From NCBI GenBank assembly GCA_016195145.1, contig JACQAF010000181.1, forward strand, positions 1-34,714: 34,714 nucleotides of DNA. Reading direction: 5' to 3'. The position numbers and the translations under genes are program-made. Position 1 is the stretch's first letter; each line of letters starts with the position of its first letter. Positions 10,019-20,798 of the stretch are shown in pieces. The DNA comes from Rhodospirillales bacterium (GTDB taxonomy: Bacteria > Pseudomonadota > Alphaproteobacteria > CACIAM-22H2). The notes beneath the pieces are model-generated. The model worked only from the letters and a program-made list of their open reading frames with translations. It was not told the DNA's origin and ran no database searches.

Positions 10019-10039
10019 GTTTTCCGCCAGTTTTCCGCC
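10019..10039. repeat. Tandem direct repeat GTTTTCCGCC-A-GTTTTCCGCC (11-bp period) in the tadA / small-ORF intergenic region
   Basis: Read directly from the sequence. A third partial copy, GTTTTCCGG, lies at 9975-9983. Confidence 0.6.
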
Positions 10040-10095
10040 GGCACGACCCTTGCTGAAACAACAAGAAGTGGCATTTGTCGATACGAGGCCGCGCG

Positions 10096-10335
10096 ATGAC
10101 GGAAACCCTGCTCGCCGAACGACCGACGTTGGGCCATAACGGCGGGCCGCCGCTCGACGACGAACCGCGCATCGCCAATGACTGGAATTATCACTGCTGG
10201 CGGCGGGCCCACAAGGCGGCATGGAAAACGCCGGGGCGCGAGATCGCGCTGCGCCGCCTGCGCCGGGCCGAAGAGCTCGGCATGACCTATCGCGAATACA
10301 CCTCGCTCATCCTCGATCGCGGCATCTATCTCTAG
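10096..10335 (+). CDS. Small hypothetical protein (79 aa) with an N-terminal GHNGGPPLD motif
   Basis: Balanced amino-acid composition and GC3-rich codon usage consistent with real coding sequence. The ATG at 10096 is preferred over the TTG at 10075. I recognise no functional domain. Confidence 0.55.
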   Translation: MTETLLAERPTLGHNGGPPLDDEPRIANDWNYHCWRRAHKAAWKTPGREIALRRLRRAEELGMTYREYTSLILDRGIYL

Positions 10336-10344
10336 GCCGCGCGC

Positions 10345-11388
10345 CTAGCGCCGGGCGGCGAAGCGCCAGACGCCGTGCGCGTCCTTTTCGCGCGCCACCC
10401 GGCCGGTGCGTTCGAGATGGTGGAGATGGGCGAGCGCCTCGCCCAGCGCCAAGCCCATATTGTGCGGCCCGATCGGCCGGCGGAGCAGCAGCGGGAAACA
10501 GTCGACGCCGCAGAGCGGCTTACCGAGATGGTTGGCGAGCCGATCGAGACGCTCGGCATGATGGGCGCGCAGCTCGGCGATGCGCGGATGCACGCCGCGA
10601 TAGGGCAGCCCGTGCGCCGGCAGGATCAGCGCGTCAGCCGGGATATGAGCGAAATTCGACAGCGAATCGAGATAGTCGTGCAGCGGGTTGGCGTATGGCT
10701 CGGCCGGCCAGACGCTGACATTGGGCGAAATGCGCGGCAACAGGATATCGCCGCCGATCATTACGCCGAGATCGGCGCACCACAGGCAGGCGTGCTCGGG
10801 GGCGTGGCCGCGGCCGATGATCGGCGTCCAGGCGCGACCGCCGACGGAAAAGGCCTCGCCGCCGCGCAGGCGGCGGAAGGACGGCGGAATCTCGGGCACG
10901 CCGCGGCGGTAAAAATTTTCCGGCGTCGCGTACTGGCCGAGCAGATCGCCGCCGACGCCATTCGCCCGGTAAAACTCGGCCTTCTGCGCGACATCGGCCG
11001 GCGCGCCCAACGCATGGACGGCGCGCGCCTGATACCACTCGCCGGCGGTCATCCACGCCTCGACGCCCCAGCGCTGACACAGCCATGCGGCGAGGCCCAT
11101 ATGGTCGGGATGGAAATGGGTAATAACGACGCGCGTCACCGGCTTGCCGCCCAGCGTCGCGGCGAAAATCTGTTCCCAATGGGCCTTGGTGTCGTCGCGG
11201 GCAAGGCCGGAATCGACGATGATCCAACCGTCGCCGTCGGCAAGCAGCCACAGATTGATATGGTCCGGCGGGAAGGGTAGCGGCATGCGCACCCAATGCA
11301 CGCCGGACGCCACCTCGAGCGTCGCACCGGGCGCGGGCGCCGTCTCGAACGGATAGGACAGCGTCGTCTGGGTCGTGCCTTCGGCCAT
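10345..11388 (-). CDS. MBL-fold metallo-hydrolase
   Basis: 347 aa. HxHxDH motif (VVITHFHPDHMG) with downstream His/Asp ligands. The ATG overlaps the purD stop by 1 nt (TAATG). Confidence 0.85.
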   Translation of the reverse strand: MAEGTTQTTLSYPFETAPAPGATLEVASGVHWVRMPLPFPPDHINLWLLADGDGWIIVDSGLARDDTKAHWEQIFAATLGGKPVTRVVITHFHPDHMGLAAWLCQRWGVEAWMTAGEWYQARAVHALGAPADVAQKAEFYRANGVGGDLLGQYATPENFYRRGVPEIPPSFRRLRGGEAFSVGGRAWTPIIGRGHAPEHACLWCADLGVMIGGDILLPRISPNVSVWPAEPYANPLHDYLDSLSNFAHIPADALILPAHGLPYRGVHPRIAELRAHHAERLDRLANHLGKPLCGVDCFPLLLRRPIGPHNMGLALGEALAHLHHLERTGRVAREKDAHGVWRFAARR

Positions 11389-12677
11389 TACCTTGTCTCC
11401 GCGGCTGCCCTGGCAATCGCCCGGTGGCCGATGTCGCGCCGGCAGAAGCCGTCCGGCCAGTCAATGGCGTCGACCGCCCGGTAGGCGAGGTCGCGTGCCT
11501 GATTGACCGTCCCCGCCGTCGCCGTGACGCCGAGGACCCGGCCGCCATTGGCCAGAATACGACCGCCTTCGGCTTTGGTGCCAGCGTGAAAGACGGTGAC
11601 GCCGTTGACGGCGGCGGCGCGGTCGAGGCCGCGAATCTCGGTGCCCTTGCGGTAATCGCCCGGATAGCCCTTCGCCGCCATGACGACGCACAGCGCGGCC
11701 TGGTCGTGCCAGCGCAGGTCGAAATTCCGCAACTGACCGTCGGTTGCGGCGATCAGCGCCGGCAGCACGTCCGACTTGAGGCGGGCCATCAGCGCTTGGC
11801 ATTCGGGGTCGCCGAATCGCACGTTGAATTCGATAAGCTGCGGCCCGTCGCGCCCGATCATCAGCCCGGCGAACAGCACGCCTTTGAACGGCCGGCCTTC
11901 TTTCGCCATGCCGGCGACGGTCGGGCGGACGATGCGCGCCATTACTTCCTCGGCCACCGCCGAGGTGATCACGGGTGCGGGCGAATAGGCGCCCATGCCG
12001 CCGGTATTGGGGCCGGTGTCGCCGTCGCCCACCCGCTTGTGATCCTGCGCCGCGGCGAGGGGGATGGCGTTCACGCCGTCGCACAGAGCGAAGAAGCTCG
12101 CTTCTTCGCCCCCGAGAAATTCCTCGACCACCACTTCCGCGCCCGCCGCGCCGAAGCGCCCGCCAACCATCGCCGCGTCGATTGCGGCCAGCGCCTCGTC
12201 CACCGTCGCCGCCACGGTTACGCCCTTGCCGGCGGCGAGCCCGTCGGCCTTGACCACGATTGGCGCGCCGCGCTCGCGCACGAAACGGCGCGCCGCCTCG
12301 GCATCGCGGAAGCGGCCATAGGCGCCGGTCGGGATGCCGTATTTGGCGCACAGATCCTTGGTGAAGCCCTTGGAGCCTTCGAGCGCGGCGGCGGCGGCAC
12401 TCGGCCCGAAGGCCTTGATGCCCGCTTCGGCGAGGTGATCGACCAGCCCGGCGACCAATGGCCCCTCGGGGCCGACGACGACGAAATCGATCCGCTCGCG
12501 TGCGGCGAAGGCGACCAGGGCCGGCACGTCCTCGGCGCCGATCGGCACACACTCGGCCTCGGCCGCGATGCCGGCATTGCCCGGCGCGCAGTAAAGCTTG
12601 TCGCATAGCGGCGAGGCGGCGATCGCCCAGCACAGGGCGTGCTCGCGTCCGCCCGATCCGACCACGAGAATGCGCAT
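11388..12677 (-). CDS. purD: Phosphoribosylamine--glycine ligase
   Basis: 429 aa. [22 protein letters not shown]-grasp motifs ([26 protein letters not shown]) and [10 protein letters not shown]. Confidence 0.95.
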   Translation of the reverse strand: MRILVVGSGGREHALCWAIAASPLCDKLYCAPGNAGIAAEAECVPIGAEDVPALVAFAARERIDFVVVGPEGPLVAGLVDHLAEAGIKAFGPSAAAAALEGSKGFTKDLCAKYGIPTGAYGRFRDAEAARRFVRERGAPIVVKADGLAAGKGVTVAATVDEALAAIDAAMVGGRFGAAGAEVVVEEFLGGEEASFFALCDGVNAIPLAAAQDHKRVGDGDTGPNTGGMGAYSPAPVITSAVAEEVMARIVRPTVAGMAKEGRPFKGVLFAGLMIGRDGPQLIEFNVRFGDPECQALMARLKSDVLPALIAATDGQLRNFDLRWHDQAALCVVMAAKGYPGDYRKGTEIRGLDRAAAVNGVTVFHAGTKAEGGRILANGGRVLGVTATAGTVNQARDLAYRAVDAIDWPDGFCRRDIGHRAIARAAAETR

Positions 12678-12736
12678 CGATCAGTCCACTATCCTTTGGC
12701 TGCCGGCGGCTTGTATCATAAAGTCCGCGAGCTGCC

Positions 12737-14266
12737 ATGAGCGAAGATTCTGCCCCGCCCGATTCGCCCCTGCGCCCCAACCTGCCCGAATATTCGGTCG
12801 GCGAGCTGTCGGCCGCGATCAAGCGGACGGTCGAGGGCGCGTTCGGCTATGTGCGCGTGCGCGGCGAAATCTCCCGCCCGTCGATTCCCGGTTCCGGGCA
12901 TTGCTATCTGCGCCTCAAGGACGAAAGCGCGGTGCTCGATGCGGTGATCTGGAAAGGCACGCTCGCCCGGCTCGGGCTCCGGCCGGAAGAAGGAATGGAG
13001 GTGGTGTGCACCGGCCGGCTCACCACCTATGCCGGCAAATCGAGCTATCAGCTGATCGTCGATCGGATGGAGCTCGCCGGGGCGGGCGCGCTCCTCAAGA
13101 TGATCGAGGAACGCCGCCAGCGCCTCGCCGCCGAAGGGCTGTTCGATCCGGCGCGCAAGCGCAAGCTGCCTTTCCTGCCCGACGTGATCGGCGTCGTCAC
13201 CTCGCCGACCGGGGCGGTGATTCGCGATATCCTGCATCGCTTGGCCGACCGGTTTCCGCGCCATGTCCTGCTCTGGCCGGTCGCGGTCCAGGGTGAGGAT
13301 GCGGCGGCGCAGATTGCCGAGGCGATTCGCGGCTTCAACAAGCTGTCGCCGGGCGACGACGTGCCGCGCCCCGATGTGCTGATCGTCGCGCGCGGCGGCG
13401 GCAGCCTCGAAGACCTGATGGCGTTCAACGAGGAAATCGTCGTGCGCGCGGCGGCGGCGAGCGTCATTCCGCTGATCTCCGCCGTCGGCCACGAAACCGA
13501 CACGACGCTGATCGATTTCGCGGCGAGCGTGCGCGCGCCCACGCCGACGGCGGCGGCCGAAATGGCGGTGCCGGTGCGCGCCGAACTCCTCGCCGATCTG
13601 CTGCGCGACGAACGGCGGCTCGTCTCCGCCCTGCGTCGCCTGGTCGAGGAACGCCGCACGCGGGTCGAGGGGCTGGGACGCGGTCTCGGCGATCCGCGCC
13701 GGCTGATCGAGGATTACGCCCAGCGTCTCGACGACCGCGTCGGGCGGCTGCGGCTGGCGGCGGCCAATCTCGTCGAGGCGCGCCGGGCGCGGGTGGCCGA
13801 AAGTTTCGCCCGCCTCGCCCATCCGCGCCAGCAATTCGAGCGGGCGAAGGACCTGCTCAAGGAACGCGCGGCACGGCTTCTCGCCGCCTATCGCGGCACC
13901 GGCCGGTTGCTCGGCGACGGGCGCGCCCGCGTCGGCGAACTGGGCGGGCGACTACAGGCGGCTTTCGCCCGCCGGCTTGACCGGCTCGCGGAACATCTTG
14001 CCGCGCGCGGCGATCTGCTCGAAAGCTTTTCCTATGCCCGCGTTCTCGAACGCGGTTTCGTTCTCGTCCATGACGCGGCCGGCCATCCGGTGATGTCGGC
14101 GGCGGCGGCCCAACCGGACGCGACGCTTGGCCTGCGCTTCCACGATGGCGAGGTCGGCGTGCGGGTCGTCGATGCGGGCGGTGCGGCCCCCTCGAGGACC
14201 AAGGCCAGGACACCAGCGAAGCCGACACGCAAGCGGGCCGACGACAAGCAGGGCGATCTCCTGTGA
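12737..14266 (+). CDS. xseA: Exodeoxyribonuclease VII large subunit
   Basis: 509 aa. N-terminal OB-fold (YSVGELSAAIKRTVEGAFGYVRVRGEIS...GHCYLRLKD) and catalytic core (IGVVTSPTGAVIRDI, ARGGGSLEDLMAFN, SAVGHETD). Confidence 0.92.
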   Translation: MSEDSAPPDSPLRPNLPEYSVGELSAAIKRTVEGAFGYVRVRGEISRPSIPGSGHCYLRLKDESAVLDAVIWKGTLARLGLRPEEGMEVVCTGRLTTYAGKSSYQLIVDRMELAGAGALLKMIEERRQRLAAEGLFDPARKRKLPFLPDVIGVVTSPTGAVIRDILHRLADRFPRHVLLWPVAVQGEDAAAQIAEAIRGFNKLSPGDDVPRPDVLIVARGGGSLEDLMAFNEEIVVRAAAASVIPLISAVGHETDTTLIDFAASVRAPTPTAAAEMAVPVRAELLADLLRDERRLVSALRRLVEERRTRVEGLGRGLGDPRRLIEDYAQRLDDRVGRLRLAAANLVEARRARVAESFARLAHPRQQFERAKDLLKERAARLLAAYRGTGRLLGDGRARVGELGGRLQAAFARRLDRLAEHLAARGDLLESFSYARVLERGFVLVHDAAGHPVMSAAAAQPDATLGLRFHDGEVGVRVVDAGGAAPSRTKARTPAKPTRKRADDKQGDLL

Positions 14267-15147
14267 AACGGCTGCTGGCGCTTCTTGCCATCGTCCTGAC
14301 GCCGGTCGCCGCATCCGCCGCCGAGGTGGCGTTCGACGGCCCGTTCGTGCAAGGGGGGCTGGTCTTCGCCCGCGCGCCCGCGGGCGCTAGCGTCGTCTTC
14401 GACGGCCGGTCGGTGCGCGTCGCCCCCGATGGCGGCTTCCTGATCGGCTTCGGGCGCGACGCGGGGCCGGAGGCGACGCTCGACCTTGTCTTCCCCGACG
14501 GACGGCGCGAGACCATGCGCCTTGCCGTGGCGCGACGCGAATGGGCGATCCAGCGCATCGACGGCCTGCCCGAACGGCAGGTGACGCCGTCGCCCGAAGA
14601 CCTGCAGCGGATCAAGGACGATGTGGCGCAAGTCGCCGCCGTGCGGGCCCGCGACACAACCGAAACGCTGTTCCGCTCCGGCTTCGTCTGGCCGGTCGTC
14701 GGCCCGATCAGCGGGGTTTATGGCAGCCAGCGCATCCTCAACGGCCAGCCGCGCACGCCGCATGTCGGCGTCGATATCGCGGCCCCACCCGGCGCGCCGG
14801 TGGTTGCGGCGGCGGACGGCATCGTCAGCCTCGCCCATCCCGACATGTTCTTTACCGGCAAGACCGTTGTCATCGACCATGGCTATGGCCTCAACACGGC
14901 TTATTCGCATCTGAGCGAGATTACGGTTGCGGCCGGGGCGCGGGTCCGCCAGGGGGAGACGATCGGGCGCGTCGGTGCGACCGGTCGGGCGACCGGGCCG
15001 CATCTCGACTGGCGGGTCAATCTGTTCGATATCCGGCTCGATCCGGCGCTGCTCGTTCCGCCGATGCCGGTCAGTCCGGCCAGCGGCGGTGAACCCACAG
15101 CCACTGACCCGGCCGCTGGCGGACCCAGTCCTCGATCAGGACGTTGA
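14263..15147 (+). CDS. M23 family metallopeptidase (secreted)
   Basis: Signal peptide MKRLLALLAIVLTPVAASAAE and M23 motifs PHVGVDIAAPPGAPV, VVIDHGYG, AYSHLS and GATGRATGPHLDW. The GTG start overlaps the xseA stop (GTGA). The Pro/Ala-rich tail overlaps the convergent acyltransferase gene by 77 nt. Confidence 0.85.
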   Translation: MKRLLALLAIVLTPVAASAAEVAFDGPFVQGGLVFARAPAGASVVFDGRSVRVAPDGGFLIGFGRDAGPEATLDLVFPDGRRETMRLAVARREWAIQRIDGLPERQVTPSPEDLQRIKDDVAQVAAVRARDTTETLFRSGFVWPVVGPISGVYGSQRILNGQPRTPHVGVDIAAPPGAPVVAAADGIVSLAHPDMFFTGKTVVIDHGYGLNTAYSHLSEITVAAGARVRQGETIGRVGATGRATGPHLDWRVNLFDIRLDPALLVPPMPVSPASGGEPTATDPAAGGPSPRSGR

Positions 15148-15976
15148 CCGCAGTCATCGTCGCCAGGATATCGGCGTGGCGGTCGTCGCTGCGCTGGATG
15201 TCGAGCGGCGGATGGACGGTGACGCGGAAGCGCGCGCCGCCGAGCCGCTCGACCTGGGCGGGAAGCACCGTGCAATCGAACCGGAGCGCGAACTGGGCCA
15301 GCGCCGGCGCGGTCATCGCATCGCGGCCGAAGAATGGCACCGGGATGCCGTCGTTCATTTTCTGGTCGGCGAGGATGCCGAGATGCTCGCCGACCTTGAG
15401 CCGGGCCAGAGCGACGCGCGCCCCCTCCGGCCCCTTGGCGATCAGGCCGCCCGCGATGTCGCGCCGCCCCTCGCGAAACAACTGATCGACCCAGCGATTG
15501 TTGGCCGCGCGATAGACAAGATGAACCGGCACGCCATAACGCGTCGCGACCAGCGAGGCGATTTCCCAGTTGGCGAGATGGGCGGCGAAAAAGATGATCG
15601 GCTTGCCGCGGGCGCGCGCCCGGTCGACATACTCCAACCCGCGCGTCTCGATCTCGGCCCGGGGCTCGAACACGCGCAAACGGGAGAGATGCGGATACTC
15701 GGCGGCGACGCGGCCGAGATTGTCCCACATCTCGCGCACCAGCGCTTCGACGCGGGCCGGCTCGATCCCCGGAAACGCGCGTTCGAGATTGCGCCGGGCG
15801 CGCCGCGACAGGCCAAGGCGCGGCCCCAACCACCGCGCGATCGCGCCACCCGCCGCCGAGGCCCGGTCGAGCGGCAACGCCCGGAACAGCACGAACAGGC
15901 CATGGACCAGCGCCGCCTCGACCGGCCGGACGAGACGATGAGTGAACCAACGACGCCAGGCGGCGCGTTCAGCCAT
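15071..15976 (-). CDS. Lipid A biosynthesis lauroyl/acyl-transferase, LpxL/HtrB family
   Basis: Acyltransferase motif FFAAHLANWEI (HX4E), plus ILADQK and a C-terminal QWLWVHRRW. The ATG at 15976 (MAERAAWRRWF) overlaps the lpxK stop by 8 nt. The track ORF start at 16150 is an Arg-rich extension inside lpxK. Confidence 0.8.
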   Translation of the reverse strand: MAERAAWRRWFTHRLVRPVEAALVHGLFVLFRALPLDRASAAGGAIARWLGPRLGLSRRARRNLERAFPGIEPARVEALVREMWDNLGRVAAEYPHLSRLRVFEPRAEIETRGLEYVDRARARGKPIIFFAAHLANWEIASLVATRYGVPVHLVYRAANNRWVDQLFREGRRDIAGGLIAKGPEGARVALARLKVGEHLGILADQKMNDGIPVPFFGRDAMTAPALAQFALRFDCTVLPAQVERLGGARFRVTVHPPLDIQRSDDRHADILATMTAVNVLIEDWVRQRPGQWLWVHRRWPD

Positions 15977-16967
15977 GCGGCGGCGCCCGCACAAGCCGGT
16001 CGAGGGCCGGGCGCAGCGCGCGGTCGAGAGCTTCGATGTCGTCGAAGACCAGGTCGACCCGGACCGCCGTGACCATCGCCCGCGCCTCGGGCGGCAGGCG
16101 CACGTGATCATTGGCCGTGGTGACCGGAGTCGCCTGACGTTGCGCTGCATCTTCGACCAGGCGCATGATCTCGTCGGAGGCGTAGGAATGATGGTCGGCG
16201 AAGGCGTGCGCGTCCGTCACCTCGGCCCCCAGTTCGCTCAAGGTACGGAAAAATTTCTCCGGTCGGCCGATGCCGGCGAAGGCGAGCACGCGCTTGTTCT
16301 TGAGCCGTCGCGCCTCGGCGTCGGGAACGAGGCGGGCGCGCAGGACCGGCGCGTGACGGGCAAGTTCGCCGGCGAGGTTCGTTTCGTCCTCGCCAACCAG
16401 CACGAGGGCGCTGGCGCGCGCCAAGCCGCGGGCCAGCGGTTCGCGCAGCGGCCCCGCCGGCATGACCCGTCGATTGCCGAAACCGTAACCGCCATCGACG
16501 ACGACGAGGCTCGCGTCTTTCCGTAGTGTCGGGTTCTGCAACCCGTCATCCATGATCACAAGGTCAGCGCCTTCGGCGATGGCGACCCGCGCGCCATCCT
16601 TGCGATCGCGTGCCACCCACGTGGGCGCTCGGGCGGCGAGCAGCAGGGGCTCGTCGCCCACGTCGCGCGCGATGTGGCGGGCGGGATCGACCTCAATCGG
16701 CCCCTTGAGCCGGCCGCCATAGCCGCGGCTGAGAAAGGCGACGCGCAGATCCGCCTTCTGCAGATGAGCGGCGATGGCGAGGGCGGTCGGCGTCTTGCCC
16801 GCACCGCCGGCGACCGGGTTGCCGATGCAGATCACCGGCACCGGCGCGGGCCATGGCCGCGCCCGTAACGCATAGAGCGCGCCCAGCGCGCCATAGGCGG
16901 CGCCGAACGGCGCCAGCAATGCCGGCGCGAGGCCGCCGGGCCGGTGCCAGAATTCAGGCGGACGCAC
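15969..16967 (-). CDS. lpxK: Tetraacyldisaccharide 4'-kinase
   Basis: 332 aa. P-loop ICIGNPVAGGAGKTP, followed by FLSRGYGG. GTG start. Confidence 0.9.
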   Translation of the reverse strand: MRPPEFWHRPGGLAPALLAPFGAAYGALGALYALRARPWPAPVPVICIGNPVAGGAGKTPTALAIAAHLQKADLRVAFLSRGYGGRLKGPIEVDPARHIARDVGDEPLLLAARAPTWVARDRKDGARVAIAEGADLVIMDDGLQNPTLRKDASLVVVDGGYGFGNRRVMPAGPLREPLARGLARASALVLVGEDETNLAGELARHAPVLRARLVPDAEARRLKNKRVLAFAGIGRPEKFFRTLSELGAEVTDAHAFADHHSYASDEIMRLVEDAAQRQATPVTTANDHVRLPPEARAMVTAVRVDLVFDDIEALDRALRPALDRLVRAPPHG

Positions 16968-18162
16968 GCGCGTTCCCTGCGGCCGGCAAACGGGCGAGGA
17001 GCGGCGTCAGCGCCTCGATCACCCGCCCGAGCGCGCCCTGGCCCTCGGCGGCAACGCGCGCCGCCGCCGTGGCGACGCGCGCGCGCGCTTCGGCGTCGTT
17101 AAGCAGGCCCGACGCCGCGTCGATCAGGCCGGCCGCGTCGGCGACGGGGATTGCACCGCCGGCCGCAATCAGCGCATCGGCGATCTCGCGGAAATTCGTC
17201 ATGTGCGTGCCGAAGACCAGCGCGCAGCCCAGCCGTGCCGCCTCGATCGGGTTCTGTCCGCCATGCGGCACCAGTGAGCCGCCGATGAAGGCGAGCCGGG
17301 CGAGGCGATAGAACAGGCCAAGTTCGCCCATGGTGTCGGCGATATAGACATCTGTTGCCGCATCGGGAGCCGCGCCGGCGGCGCGGCGGCCGACGCGCAG
17401 GCCGCGCGCAGCGAGGGCGGCAGTAATGGCCGCCCCGCGTTCGGCGTGACGCGGCGCGATGATGGCGAGCAGGCGGGGATACCGGCGAGCGAGGGCGACA
17501 TGGGCATCGGCGATGACTTCTTCCTCGCCGGGATGGGTGCTGGCGGCAAGCCAGACAGGGCGGTCGCCGATCGCAGCGCGCAGGCGGTCGAGCTCGGCCG
17601 GATCGGCGGCGAGCGGCGCGCCGTCGTATTTGAGATTGCCGACGCACGCCGCCTGCGCCGCGCCCAGCGCGCGCAAGCGCAGGGCGTCGCCCTCGCTCTG
17701 GGCGAGACACGGCGCGAAGGCGTCGAGCGGCGGGCGCATCAACGACGACAGCCGCAGCCAGCGGCGGAACGAGCGCGCCGACATGCGGGCGTTGATCAGC
17801 GCCATTGGCAGCTGCCGCGCCTGCGCCGCGCCGATCAGGCCCGGCCACAACTCGCTCTCGACCCAGATCGCCGCGTCGGGCCGCCAGTGGCCGAGAAAAC
17901 GCTCGACCCAGGCGGGGACGTCGAAGGGAACGAACTGATGGATGACGCGCCCCGACAGCCGGCCGTCGCGGACGAGATCGTCGAGCAGTCGGGCCGAGGT
18001 GAGCGTGCCGGTGGTGAACAGAAGGCCGAGATCGGGGCGCGTCCCGGTCAGATGCGCAACCAGGCCGAGGACCGAGCGGGTTTCGCCGACGCTCGCCGCG
18101 TGTATCCACAAGAGCGGCCCCGGCGGGCGGGGGCGGCCGGCGAACCCGCAACGCTCGGCCAT
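16954..18162 (-). CDS. waaA: 3-deoxy-D-manno-octulosonic acid (Kdo) transferase; N-terminus anomalous
   Basis: Motifs LLWIHAASVGE, NARMSARS, ADTMGELG and FIGGSLVPHGGQNPIEAA. The only ATG before the conserved core is at 18162, but family-conserved residues (RRGKEDGAR) continue upstream of it in the same frame. See the finding on this junction. Confidence 0.82.
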   Translation of the reverse strand: MAERCGFAGRPRPPGPLLWIHAASVGETRSVLGLVAHLTGTRPDLGLLFTTGTLTSARLLDDLVRDGRLSGRVIHQFVPFDVPAWVERFLGHWRPDAAIWVESELWPGLIGAAQARQLPMALINARMSARSFRRWLRLSSLMRPPLDAFAPCLAQSEGDALRLRALGAAQAACVGNLKYDGAPLAADPAELDRLRAAIGDRPVWLAASTHPGEEEVIADAHVALARRYPRLLAIIAPRHAERGAAITAALAARGLRVGRRAAGAAPDAATDVYIADTMGELGLFYRLARLAFIGGSLVPHGGQNPIEAARLGCALVFGTHMTNFREIADALIAAGGAIPVADAAGLIDAASGLLNDAEARARVATAAARVAAEGQGALGRVIEALTPLLARLPAAGNARASA

Positions 18163-18839
18163 ACGCGCGCCGTCTTCCTTGCCGCGCCGCCGCCGCTCGC
18201 GCGGGTGACGGCGTTGAGCCGCGCCTCGACCGTCGCCCGCGCCGCTTCGAGGGCGGCTTCGTCGGCGTCGGGCGGAACCTCGACCGGTTCGCCGATGACG
18301 AACACGATGCGCCCGAAGGGCAGGGCGAACAGCAACCGGTCCCAGCTGCCGAGCTCGCGCCCCCGGGTGGTGGAGAAGGTGGCCGGAATCACTGGCACGC
18401 CGGCGAGCCTCGCCGCCGCAACCAGCCCAGGGGCCGCCCGCATGCGCGGCCCGCGCGGCCCGTCGGGCGTGACGCAAACGCAATCGCCGTCCTTGAGCGT
18501 GCGCACGATCTCGCGCAGCGCCGTAGCGCCGCCGCGCGAGCTTGACCCCGTGATCGTCGGAAAACCGAGCAGGGCGATGGTGCGCGCGATCAGGCGTCCG
18601 TCGCGATGCCGGGATATGAGCATGCGCATCGGCACAGGGGCGGTCCAGAAGCGGGGCATCAACATCATGCGGCCGTGCCAGAAACAGCCGATCAATGGCC
18701 GGCCGGTGGCGAGCTGGCGCGCGACGATCTCGGCGCCGTGGATCGTCTGACGGCTGGTCGCATGCACGAACCGGATATAGAAGGCGATCAGCCGCGCCAG
18801 CAGCCGCTGAACCGGATCGGACCGGAAAAGCCGTTTCAA
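18048..18839 (-). CDS. DUF374 domain-containing protein (lysophospholipid acyltransferase-like), commonly found upstream of kdtA
   Basis: Motifs CFWHGRMM, ISRHRDGRLIA, GSSSRGG, TPDGPRGPR and GSWDRLLFALPFGR. The start is uncertain: a TTG at 18839 (M-KRLFRSDPVQ) lies 16 nt after the msbA-like stop, while the ATG at 18941 would overlap that gene by 86 nt. The last ~50 aa are Arg/Ala-rich and overlap waaA. Confidence 0.7.
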   Translation of the reverse strand: MKRLFRSDPVQRLLARLIAFYIRFVHATSRQTIHGAEIVARQLATGRPLIGCFWHGRMMLMPRFWTAPVPMRMLISRHRDGRLIARTIALLGFPTITGSSSRGGATALREIVRTLKDGDCVCVTPDGPRGPRMRAAPGLVAAARLAGVPVIPATFSTTRGRELGSWDRLLFALPFGRIVFVIGEPVEVPPDADEAALEAARATVEARLNAVTRASGGGAARKTARVWPSVAGSPAAPARRGRSCGYTRRASAKPARSSAWLRI

Positions 18840-18855
18840 GGCGACGACGACTCCC

Positions 18856-20673
<1,818 letters not shown>

Positions 20674-20706
20674 GTTCTTGCGGATATTGGTTGAATCGGC
20701 GGCGTC

Positions 20707-20740
20707 ACCATAGCACGGCCGGCGGCCGGGGGGCTATGGT
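20707..20740. repeat. Inverted repeat / GC-rich stem-loop, ACCATAGC-N18-GCTATGGT, between the hydroxylase stop and the msbA-like start
   Basis: The 8-bp perfect arms were read directly from the sequence. No U-tract follows on the minus strand, so it is not a canonical intrinsic terminator. Confidence 0.55.
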
Positions 20741-20798
20741 CTGGCGGGCGCGGTATCAGCCTATGCCGGGCCCCTGAAACTGCGTAACGCGGGGCGAT

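Noticed and set aside
9945-10020. Possible intrinsic terminator after tadA (ACAGG...CCTGTTTTCC and GCCGCC...GGCGGTTTT).
   Set aside because: The stems are only 5-6 bp with 14-17 nt loops, which is too weak to call a terminator with confidence. The T-runs are better described as part of the GTTTTCCG repeat motif.
14263-15147. M23 peptidase with HLD instead of the classical HxH in the GPHLDW motif, a possible degenerate non-catalytic LytM factor.
   Set aside because: The HxxxD motif (HVGVD) and the first His are intact. I cannot tell from memory whether HLDW is a normal active variant in this clade, so there is not enough support to claim degeneracy.
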